A stretch of 64,000 bases of DNA, from NCBI GenBank assembly GCA_026770705.1, contig JANJGN010000014.1:104656001-104720000 (forward strand). The letters are read 5' to 3'. This DNA is from Isurus oxyrinchus. Lineage: Eukaryota. The notes beneath the pieces are model-generated. The model ran no database searches, had not been told where the DNA came from, and saw only the letters and a program-made list of their open reading frames with translations. This document shows positions 26,140 through 36,025 of the stretch, piece after piece (the stretch's first letter is position 1; every line of letters begins with the position of its first letter). A program made the translations under genes and the position numbers.

Positions 26140-26590
26140 AGCTGGCAATGAGGGCCTGACTCTCAGATTTCAGGTCCAGTGACAATGTGAAGCAACATTC
26201 TTCACAGGGAGACTAGGGCCCTGTTCATGGGGAGGGCAGAGGAGAGGGTCGAGGGCCTGAATGGACACAGAGATTATACCCTCAGCATAGGCTGTGCCAT
26301 TGGAGCTGGAACTATCTGGATATGTCGGCGAACCAGTGCTGCAGGAAACTACAACTCTGCAGGCAGATGGTCAAAGAGATTTGAGCCTGCATAGTGGAAG
26401 ACCTCACACTCCACAGCAACTCTCACCACGCTCTGCCAGTAGCCGTCAAAGGCACTGTGGCCTTAAACATCTTTGCCTCAGACACCTTCCAGGGATCAGC
26501 TGCAGATCTTGGTGATATCTCACAAATGTCTTCACACCACTGCATCTCCCAGGTCACTGACACTCATTTGCCAGATTGGGCCCTGCAGGC
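26140..26590 (+). mobile_element. Harbinger (HARBI1-like) transposase fragment
   Basis: LPVAVKGTVALNIFASDTFQGSAADLGDISQMSSHHCISQVTD, homologous to 43505-44035. Confidence 0.75.
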
Positions 26591-26699
26591 AAGAGCAGCA
26601 GTACTGGTTATCCAATTTAAGATGACTAGTTAAGTTCGTACCATGGCTCATTTACGCTTGCTCGAAGCAATATATATTCATATGTAGGGACCCAGTCTC

Positions 26700-26915
26700 T
26701 GCAAATGAAAGGAATATGTTTAATTTTTGTGCTGTGTTTGAACTACTTTGGTGCTTGGGGGAGCTAATAGCTCCCCATTGCTTTCCCCGTGGCAATGTCT
26801 TAGCCAATCAGAATCAACTTACCAACCAATCATAAATTGTTGTGATAATTTGAAATATAGCATTCCTGTGTTTGGCCTGGGTGCAAGACAAAAAGCTTCA
26901 GTAATATGTCTCTCG
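26700..26915 (+). mobile_element. Penelope P2 3' UTR remnant
   Basis: ccgtggcaatg..agccaatcaga..ccaaccaatca...gtgcaagacaaaaagcttca..atgtctct, reverse complement of 21590-21740. Confidence 0.6.
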
Positions 26916-27099
26916 TTTGAACAATATCAAACTGAAAATCTCGTGGCTGAGGTTCTAGTCTGCCCAATTCACAACTGGGCAGATTTCCAGTCAAGGGATC
27001 CAGGGTGGAAATAAAGAAGGTACGAGGTTATGTCTTGAGGCTTTTGAGATAAGGTTAGTGTTCATGGCCAAAGAAAGCCTGGAAACCTTCTATTGCATA

Positions 27100-27450
27100 G
27101 GGACATAGGACTTAGGAACAGGAGTAGACCATTCAACCCTTCAAACCTGCTCTGCTATTCGATAAGATAATGGCTGACCTGGTTATGGTCTCAATTCCAC
27201 CTTCTTGTCTTCCCCCCATAATGCTTGACTCCCTTGTCTATCAAAAATCTATCTAGTTCAGCCTTGAATAAATTCAATGACCCAGCCTCCAATGCTTTCT
27301 AGGAAAGTGAATTCCACAGATTAATGACCCCCTAAGAGATAAAATTTCTCATAATCTCCATCTTAAAAGAGAGACCTCTTATTCTTAAACTGTGTCCCCT
27401 CATTCTAATCTCTCCCACAAGAGGAAACATCTGCTGGTAACCACCCTATC
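27100..27450 (-). mobile_element. CR1 3' end
   Basis: ggaacaggagtagaccattcaacccttc...cttattcttaaactgtgtcccct. Confidence 0.75.
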
Positions 27451-27489
27451 ACTCTTCAATTGATATAAAATAACTCATGTTACCTTTCC

Positions 27490-27730
27490 AAAGAAGAGCA
27501 GGGAATTCTCCTATTATCTTGGCCAATATCCAACTTTAATTCAACAGCACCAAAACTGAAATTAACTAGTTATTCACTTCATTGCTTTTTGTGGAATCTT
27601 GCTGTGAGTACCTTGGATTTGTGTTTGCCTACAATACAACAGTAACTGCACTCCAAAGAGTAACGAATTGATTGTGGAGCAGTTTGCACTGTGGCTCTGA
27701 AAGATAGCATACAACAAATGCAAGTTCCTC
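27490..27730 (+). mobile_element. Deu-domain-type SINE remnant (other remnants at about 28440-28630 + and 29510-29850 -)
   Basis: gaagagcagggaattctc...cattgctttttgtggaatcttgctgtg...acaacagtaactgcactccaaag...aaatgcaagtt; resembles the DeuSINE/SacSINE body as recalled. Confidence 0.5.
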
Positions 27731-28039
27731 CTTGCTTCAGGTTGCTACTTGTAAATAAAGTTATTAGTTGCTTTTGTGTGTGATTTTTTTTGTAGTATCT
27801 GCTATTTTGAAGAGAATGGGGTGGTATATGAGAGACTAGGAAACACTAGTAAGTAGTGTTACTGCAAGTGAAGTAATTATTAGCCCTTACACATTTCTGC
27901 AAGACTCGAGTAAAGAAGAATGCAACTTTTGGATTGAAGGAAACAAAGGTCCATTTCTGAGTCAGAAAATGATGGTTCAGGACTACTCTTGAGCATGTAA
28001 CTTATGTTGATATTTCAGTGCAGTGTTGAAGGTGTGGAG

Positions 28040-28215
28040 GAGGGCTGGTTTACTCGGTTGGCTAGATGACTAGCATTAGGATCAGATGAATGCCAACAGC
28101 ATGGGATTTGAACCCTGTTCTTGCTGAGGCAGACTTGGGGCCTACCTCCACACCCTGCCTGTTGTAAAAATTCATTGCAGTTTGCCTAGCACTTTGGGTC
28201 AATGAACTGAGAGCC
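28040..28215 (+). mobile_element. tRNA-derived SINE (family S2)
   Basis: Head ggctggtttactcggttggctaga...atgccaacagcatgggatttgaaccc. Confidence 0.65.
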
Positions 28216-28219
28216 TTTT

Positions 28220-28385
28220 CAAATAAAAACAGAAAATGCTGGAAAAACTCAGGTCTGGTAGCATCTGTGTCCAACATGACTCTTCTTTGAACTCATCTCT
28301 CCACAGATGCTGCCAGACCTGCTAAGCTTTTCCATCATTTTCTGTTTTATTTCAGATCTCCTGCATCTGCAGTATTTTGCTTCTA
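28220..28385. mobile_element. Penelope P1 terminal fragment with inverted duplication
   Basis: aaataaaaacagaaaatgctggaaaaactcaggtctggtagcatctgtg followed by its inverse cacagatgctgccagacctg...ttttctgttttattt. Confidence 0.75.
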
Positions 28386-28904
28386 TTCAGGTGCCTTTTG
28401 CCTGGTCTGGTAGCTAAGGTGCATGGTAAATAATGCACTTGGGCATCGTTCCTCCTTCAACCAGAACCGAGTGGTCAATCCTCTCAATGCTGTTTGTGGG
28501 ACTTTGTTGCATGTAAAATGACTGCTACATTCATCCACATAAAGTAGCCACAAGCTAAAATAATTTATTGTCATTGCAGCTTTTGAGACATTTCCGAGCA
28601 ATAATGACTTACATAAATACAAGTTCTTTCTAAAGTTCTATTTTATATTTAAGTGAATTTATACTGTTAAGATGAAAAATATCAAAACTGTAGCAGAATA
28701 TGAGGAAAATAAATTGCAATTATGTCATATAATGACAGTAAGATGAAAATATATCTGCAAAAATAAATTGCTGCAAATTTGGTTGAAGGAGGAATGATGG
28801 CCACAAACACTATTTACCATGCGTCTGAGCCACCAGACAAAAGGCACCTCATTGTCTCAGTTGAAGGACAGCACCTCCAATTATGCAGCACCCCCTCAAT
28901 CTTC

Positions 28905-29102
28905 TTCTTCAGTTCTCTTCCCAAAGGCAGGTCCTTGGCAATTAGTCACTGAACCACAGCAAAGTGCCATGATTTTTATGCAATGGATAGGGTGTGGGGG
29001 TAGGCCACAATTCTGCCTCAGCAAGAATAGGGTTCAAACCCCATGCTGTTGGCATTAATCTGATCCACACGCTGGCTGTCTAGTCAACTGAGCTAACTGG
29101 CT
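28905..29102 (-). mobile_element. tRNA(Ile)-like SINE (family S2)
   Basis: Minus strand begins GCCAGTTAGCTCAGTTGACTAGA...TAATGCCAACAGCATGGGGTTTGAACCC. Confidence 0.65.
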
Positions 29103-29854
29103 GGAAGTCTGAAAGAAAAGCAGAAACTGCTGGAAAACTCAGCGAGTCAGGCAGCACCTGTGGAGAGAGGAACTTCTGATATGGTTTTAGCTTTCTAATT
29201 TTATTCTGGCAAAAGTACAATAGATTAAAATAATCAAATTTAATTACTTTAATATAAAAATATTGGATGACAGTGTGGGTGCTGTTTGGGAGATGATTTG
29301 ATATCACGAACCAATATTATTTGACAAGCTTTCGTTAATACACATTTATATAATAATAAATTTTGCACTATTCTACTTTTAAAAGACCATTCTGAAGAAG
29401 TTAACTTGCGAGTTTTTCCAACGCTTTCTGCTTTTATTTTAAATCCAAATTAAGATTTGGAATAGGATTGAAAATTAAGATGTCCAGTCAGATCAAGACA
29501 GAAAAAACTAGCTAGCATTTAGATAGCACCTTATCATGTCCTCAGGGTATCCCAAAGTGCTTTCTAACCAAATGACTATTTTTACAATGCAGACACTTAT
29601 TATTGAGACAAACATAACTACTTTGCATGCAGCTAGAACTCACAAACAGCAAATGCCCAAACAGCTAATCTGCTTTTGATGATGTTGGCTGAGGGAAGAA
29701 CAAGGACACCGGCATACTCTGCTGTTTTTTAAATGATTCTTTTAGATCTTTTAAGTTGAGCATGGCCCTTGATTCAATAAGATATCTGAATGAAAGCATC
29801 CCCAGCAACGCAGCACTCTCAGTACTCTAGTGAAGTGCCAGCCTTTGTGCTGAA

Positions 29855-30470
29855 GGGCAGAATTTTGAGGTTGTCAGGCGGGTGCGGTGGGCGGGCCTGG
29901 GAGAGGCCGGGAAGAGCCCGCGATCGGCCCCCGGCCAACCAGCGTGAAAGGTGTGCTGAAAGGCTCAGTGCTGCCGGGGTGAGAGCAGAAGGAGGGCAAG
30001 CGCTGAAGCCTGCGCAGGCTAGGCAGGGGAGGGAGAGGGGGAGGGGGTGGTGGGGGGCGCAGAATGAAAACTCCCTGAAGGCAGAGAGCTGCCTCAGGGA
30101 GCTGAAGAATTTAAAACCACCAAATAAAGATTTTAAAATGCAGAACAAAAATGTCCACACATCGGACTCACTCACCTAAACATATAGATCATAAAACTCC
30201 TGCGCAAACATTTTTAAAAAATTATTATTGGAAACCTCAAACCTTTGGATGAGGTTTCCTCAAAAATCCAAAGGCCGCCTGGCCAACTCGCCTGCCCACC
30301 AACCGTAATGTTGGATGGGCAGTGAAAAATCCCAGTTAATTAATACATTAACGGCCTTAATAGGCCTCTTAATCGTCAGGGGGCATGCTGCCGACTCTAT
30401 CACACCAGTGCTATTTTACACTCAGGCATGTCAGGTGTGCGCCTGCATTCTGAACAAAAAATCCTGCCCC
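29855..30470. mobile_element. PIF/Harbinger-type MITE inserted in a SINE remnant
   Basis: TIRs gggcagaatttt / aaaatcctgccc. Confidence 0.8.
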
Positions 30471-31202
30471 TGGTTTCCAGTGTCGCTTGAAGCCATAGCC
30501 TGACCCGGAAGGCAAGAGTGCTAGCTTCTAAAGCAAGGCGGCACTCTATTACCAACTGAGCCAAATTGGTGCTCAGTGATTGCTTTTACCATAATTTGAA
30601 GTTCTTCCTTTTACAATTACTTGCTTCCACATCCATTAGCTATCAGCAGGGAATGTAACTGAACAGAACTTAGTCTTCTATTCCATTGTTCACCCAGTAG
30701 GAGGCAGACAAAGTTAGCGGCCTCTAATTGGACTTCCTCAGGGAGAAGGACAGATATGAGTACTGTACAGCATTCTTTACCAGCAGTTTGGGTGAAGCGT
30801 AATAAGCCAGATTGCTTTATTGGCTCTCTTTATTCTGAACTGTTTAATCACATAAATGTGGAGAAAGCTCTCATTATCAGACCATGCTGCTCAAATATAC
30901 TTTCAAATGCTTCAAATCATTACTTTTTCTTTCTTCCTTCACTTTGCTAATAATGCACGGAGCCTGTAAAATTCATGTCAAAACGAAAATAAATGAGAGT
31001 TTTTAACGGATTTTTGTTTGAAGCATACATTTGGATTTGTCTTGTTTAGAATTTTATTCTAAAACCATGTTTGCCATCATCTACTTGGTATAATTATCAA
31101 AAAATTCAACAGTTCACGTTCTTTCTTTTTCTGCTACAAGATGATTCTGAGTTTTCTCCTTTTAATAAGCAAATTGAACATAATTACATGGACACACATA
31201 AG

Positions 31203-32895
31203 GGGCAGAATTTTGCCCTTGTAGGACGGGCTCAGTGGGGATGAGTGGGAGCGGTCAGGAAGCTAATCGCTGCCCGTGATTGGGCCGTGACGGTGATTTC
31301 ATGCTGGTGGGCCAATTAAGGCCCACCCAGCCTGAAATGCGCACTGCAGCGGTGAGCGCTGCCTGTGTCAGGGGTTGGTGGGGGGGAGGGAAGGAGGACC
31401 AGCACAGAAATTCTTGCATGCACGAATGCGCATAGAAAAAACTCAGGGAGATGAAGGTGTTTGGAAATAAAAAAAATAAGAGATTTTAAAAATGTTAATA
31501 ACACGTCCCCTCATGTGACTCTGTCATGAGCAGGGACATGCTGGAAATTTGAATGCATCACCCCCAACACCTCATCCTCCTCCCATGGCACCTTCCCATG
31601 GAATTGCAGAAGGTGCAACACCTGCCCCTTTACCTCCTCCCTCCTCACTGTCCAAGGGCCCAGACACTCCTTTCAGGTGAAGCGTGCTTCACTTGCACTT
31701 CCCTCAATTTAGTCTACTGCATTCACTGCTCCCAATGCAGTCTCCCCTACATTGGAGAGACCAAACGCAGACTGGGTGACCACTTTGTGGAACACCTTCA
31801 GTCTGTCCGCAAGCATGACCCAGACTTTCCTGTCGCTTGCCATTTCAACACACCACCCTGCTCTCATGCCCACATGTCCATCCTTAGCCTGCTGCTCAAA
31901 GTGAAGCTCAAAGTATACTGGATGAACAGCACCTCATCTTCCGATTAGGCACTTTACAGCCTTCAGACTTAACATTGAACCCTCCCCTCCACCATTACCC
32001 CTTTTTTTAATCCTCTTTTTTCAATATTAACTTTTTTATATTTTATCCACTTTTTTTTATTTTTTATTTTCATTTTTATTCATTGTTTTATCCCTACCTT
32101 CTATCCTATTTTCAATCTTTTTTCCCCACCACCGTCCCCTCCCCCCACCCATAAGGGCTGTCTGTCACTTGTTCATGTTGTCCTTTCCACAGTGCTTACC
32201 CTTGTCCTGCTATTATCACATTCTGCTTTCTGACCTTAATGCCAACGTCAGCACCTCCGTTAGCCCTCACCACTACCATTAACACCCCCTTTGTCCTTTT
32301 GTTCATGACATCAATGGCAATCTCTCCTTTGCCCCTACCTATCACTGGCCTTCTATCCAGCTTCACCTGCTCCACCCGCCCCCCTTAAACAGTATAGATT
32401 TCATCACATTTTTACTTCTCTTTAGTTCTGAAGAGTCATACAGACCTGAAATATTAACTCTGTTTTTCTCTTCACAGATGCTGTTAGACCTGCTGAGTTT
32501 TCCCAGCATTTTCTGTTTTTGTTTCAGATTTCCAGCATCCACAGTATTTTGCTTTCATGTTAGAAATTAGCTTGAACAATGTTTAATTTTTTTTATGATT
32601 GATCGAAACCTCATCCTGCCTGTGGATGAGGTTTCACAAAAAATCCAAAGGCCACTTGGCCTTTTCACCTTCCCACCAACCACAAGGTTGGACAGGCAGC
32701 AAAAAATGCCATTTAATTAAATCTTTAATGGCCTTAATAGGTTTGTTGTTGGCAGGCACACTGCCAACTCCCGCGCATGCCCGCCAACCAAAATACCGCA
32801 TGAGTGCATGATGATATTGGGATGCTTGCCCATGCGTTATTTTATGCTCAATGGGGTCGGGCATGGGACCCCCTGATGAGCAGAAAATTCTGCCC
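31203..32895. mobile_element. PIF/Harbinger-type MITE containing a nested Penelope element
   Basis: Perfect 12-bp TIRs gggcagaatttt (31203) / aaaattctgccc (ends 32895). Confidence 0.85.
31538..32557 (+). mobile_element. Penelope-like element (family P1): GIY-YIG endonuclease and 3' UTR
   Basis: FTCTSLNLVYCIHCSQCSLPYIGETKRRLGDHFVEHL...PVACHFN. The 3' end carries the CTGAAGA...GAAA motif at 32428-32455. The 5' end atgctggaaatttgaa is an inverted copy of the element's own 3' end. Confidence 0.9.
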
Positions 32896-34253
32896 ATGGA
32901 GTTAAGGAGGATATCACCAATGTAATCAAATCAATAATTACCTTAGCTCACATTATTTTAATGATAGAATGCCAACCAGATCAAATTTAACAACACGGCA
33001 GGTTTTGAAGCTTCTATGAATTAGCACATTATATGGCAGTGCCACAGAGGCAATCTGGAGTACTTCTTCCACATATTTTCTCCATTATTTGAACTATTTT
33101 AGGTAAAACTATTATAACATAGTAGCAGCAAATTAAACCAACGAATAAATTGGAGAAATTAGTTTCATTTTGAATGAACTTATACAGATTTATGATAATG
33201 TATTTTGTTAACTAATATATCATTCTATTTTACTAACAGACAAAATGATAATAAACAGATTTTTTCTAGCATGCTAATGGTTGTAATTAATAAATGTGAA
33301 TGATTCACTGGGCTGTCAGTAAGTTGGATTTCCCATTCACTGAAGTGAATTAGAATCAGTAATATACTATTATTGGAATGACTGCCCAGAACTATTATTG
33401 CAACTGTGCCATTCTTATTAACACTTTTTTTTGTTCCTGTTTGTTCTTTTGCATCTCTGTAATTGGATTAATTGAGCAGTTTTAAATATTTTTCCACAAA
33501 CTTTTGTGCATGAAATGTGGCTGCTGTTCAGCTGCTGGGGAGATGTTATAAAATGCAATAGAAGTGCTGAAATCAGCGTTAGAGCACTTTGCACAGTATA
33601 ATAGCTGCCTCAGGCAGATATTGTTCATCAGCACTGGGAGGTAATTCTACCATTCCTGAGGAATGACAGTAATACTACAGTACTGGCTGTTTAATAAATA
33701 GGAACTATTCCACAAAAGTAGGAAAGTTATTTCACAGGTGGGGTGATAATTTACAAACAGGTTATGGTCAGCTTTGTGAATGGAATTGAAAATCCTATTA
33801 CGAAAACCTTCATGAAATATTTTGCTTACAATGTGTTGTATATTTTGTTAAATACTATCATTAGGGGGAAATTGGATGGCGTAGTAGGTTGCACACTTTC
33901 CTTTGACTTCTGATATCTGGATTTGAATCCAAACTAATTTCCGAAATGGATGTCTTCTCGCTCTGGCAGCTGCAAGGACTCAAAGTGAAAGCCACGCTAT
34001 TGCAGTAGAGTTAATATAACCTTGTGCACCATCTAGCTTATTATCCCTAACCAAGAATGTTTTACTGCCGAACACCGACATCCGTCACTTCAGCAAAACA
34101 AAACTAAGTTTGAAATGGAAACCAGCCATGACAAAATGTCACTGCTTCTTTCTTAAGTTGCATGTAGAGAAGCACTAGTTGCCTGCAGAGGCAGCTTGCC
34201 AATTCATTGCAAGTGAAGCCTGACCACTAAATGCTTTGGACCTCTCATAGACG

Positions 34254-34391
34254 GCATTAGATAGGCGTGGTGATGTACACTGCAGGATGTACACTGAAAA
34301 TTGGGACTGTGTATCATAAACTGCATTAGATAGGCGTGGTGATGTACACTGCAGGATGTACACTGAAAATTGGGACTGTGTATCATAAACT
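34254..34391. repeat. Perfect 69-bp tandem duplication
   Basis: gcattagataggcgtggtgatgtacactgcaggatgtacactgaaaattgggactgtgtatcataaact at 34254-34322 and 34323-34391. Confidence 0.95.
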
Positions 34392-34907
34392 GGAATATTC
34401 ATACACCTAATGAACAAAAAACATTATAATGTAAAGGAAAAAATAGCTTACAGCACAGCCTGAACTGACTTGTTACTATCCCATGATTTTTATTGAATGG
34501 CTTCATTTGTTGCTATAATGGCAAGCTGATAAATTGTTATTCCCCTGCTCAACTAAACACGTAAATAATATGAAAACTGTGTTTCACATGAGAGTTCACA
34601 TTGGAGTTTGTTCTAGCTGATATTTATTCACCCACTCTCTTAATAAGTCACGTTTGTTCTTTAAGTACAGAATTGGAACCAGGGGTAAAAAATTATTCCC
34701 TTGTATCTGCAATGCAAATATTTCCCATGCATTCTCCATTGTGACATTTCACAGCTGATGCACAACTTATGCAACTATACTTTTGGCAGCTTCTAACTTT
34801 AGGAAAATAGGTCAGTGCTTAAATGACTTGTTTGAAATTATGATCTATGGACAGAGGTGCTACTGTAAGATTTTTGCAAAAATGATTCTTTTTCTTTCTT
34901 TCTACAG

Positions 34908-35494
34908 TGCTCATTGTGGTCAGCTTGGCTGTGTGTTGGACTCCATTCCAAATCCGCCGTATCATGGCAGCATCCAAAGCAAAGACAAAGTGGACAATGA
35001 CATATTTCAGAACTTTTGTAGACATATTGCATGTCTCAGATATTTTATTTTATCTCAGCTCAGTATTAAATCCATTGCTGTATAATCTGTCTTCTAAGCA
35101 GTTCAGGGTAGTGTTCATGCGGGTACTGTGCTGTAAATCCATAGAGCACATTAACATGCGGACACTAAGGAGAACCCGTGTCAAGTCCAAGGACAGCACC
35201 AATCACTCCACAAGTTCACTGCTCCATTCCACATTCAAATACACCTATCCACGCCGGAAAACCAATAAGGATCTTTTGAGAACTGTGATGAAGGACACAG
35301 GTGTTGAACTTCAGCCACTGCCACATCAAAACTGTGATGCCAGAAAAACAAAGCCAGACTCTGGATTTAATACTGTCGGCTCAGTTTCAGGACCTAGCTT
35401 GTTGAAAACTAACTCAGAGCTTCCTTCCCCAGAGATAACCTCTGAGCTACACCTAATAGAGCAATCAAATGGAGTAAGTGAAACTGAGATATGA
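34908..35494 (+). CDS. GPR39: G-protein coupled receptor 39, last coding exon (TM6, ECL3, TM7, C-tail); exon 1 lies outside the window
   Basis: Translation [34 protein letters not shown]...FYLSSVLNPLLYNLSSKQFRVVF..LCC closely matches human GPR39 as I recall it ([34 protein letters not shown]...FYLSSVINPLLY). Polypyrimidine tract and AG acceptor (tttttctttctttctacag) end at 34907, phase 1. TGA stop ends at 35494. Convergent LYPD1 matches known synteny. Confidence 0.95.
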
Positions 35495-35597
35495 AGCTTT
35501 TATAAAACACAAATATATCAAACAAAATTCACAGAGATTTCAAAGTGCTGTTAGTGATTCTTCCAAAAGTCATCTTTACAATACCATGTAAAATTTA

Positions 35598-35603
35598 AAT
35601 AAA
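35598..35603 (+). promoter_or_regulatory. Candidate polyadenylation signal for GPR39
   Basis: AATAAA about 100 bp after the GPR39 stop, followed by U/GU-rich sequence (tgtctctgtgtt, tgttttt). Use not demonstrated. Confidence 0.5.
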
Positions 35604-35792
35604 GCAACAGAATTGGCAATTGTCTCTGTGTTAAGATGGTCTGTTAATGTTTTTAGGTGGTGATTGCCAGTTATTAGTAATGCAAGCTGTTACACAACAG
35701 CATGTGAAATGTTGACAGCAAAGCAAGGTAGGAATTTTCAGAATGCCTACACCTGTAATGATTGTTGCTAAAGTTGCCTTCACTTGATGAGA

Positions 35793-36025
35793 TTATGTTG
35801 GAAGAAGTGATGTGAGTATTCCAACAGCAGCTAAGAGTTTTAGGCTTGCTCTTGATGACATTGCTGAGCTTCCTCTCCTTCTGGGGCGGGGTCCATTACA
35901 GAGTGGAGTGTTACAACAGCTGATGCACACGGATCCCAGTTTTCCTGGGGAACAAAATGACTGATAGCCTGCAGATGTAATGAGGCAAGATGTAGATGCA
36001 GCACAAGACTTCCGATACATAACAC
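35793..36025 (-). CDS. LYPD1: Ly6/PLAUR domain-containing protein 1, last coding exon (LU-domain C-terminal half plus GPI-anchor signal); upstream exons not found in the window
   Basis: GVMYRKSCAASTSCLITSAGYQSFCSPGKLGSVCISCCNTPLCNGPRPRRRGSS followed by a hydrophobic tail; CCxxxxCN LU motif; near-identical to human LYPD1 as recalled. Minus-strand acceptor tttttctatttgcag ends at 36026 (phase 1). TAA at 35795-35793. Confidence 0.95.

Noticed and set aside
2070-33995. tRNA genes at the A-box/B-box-like heads
   Set aside because: The heads are degenerate, have insertions and continue into SINE bodies; I could not build a complete cloverleaf.
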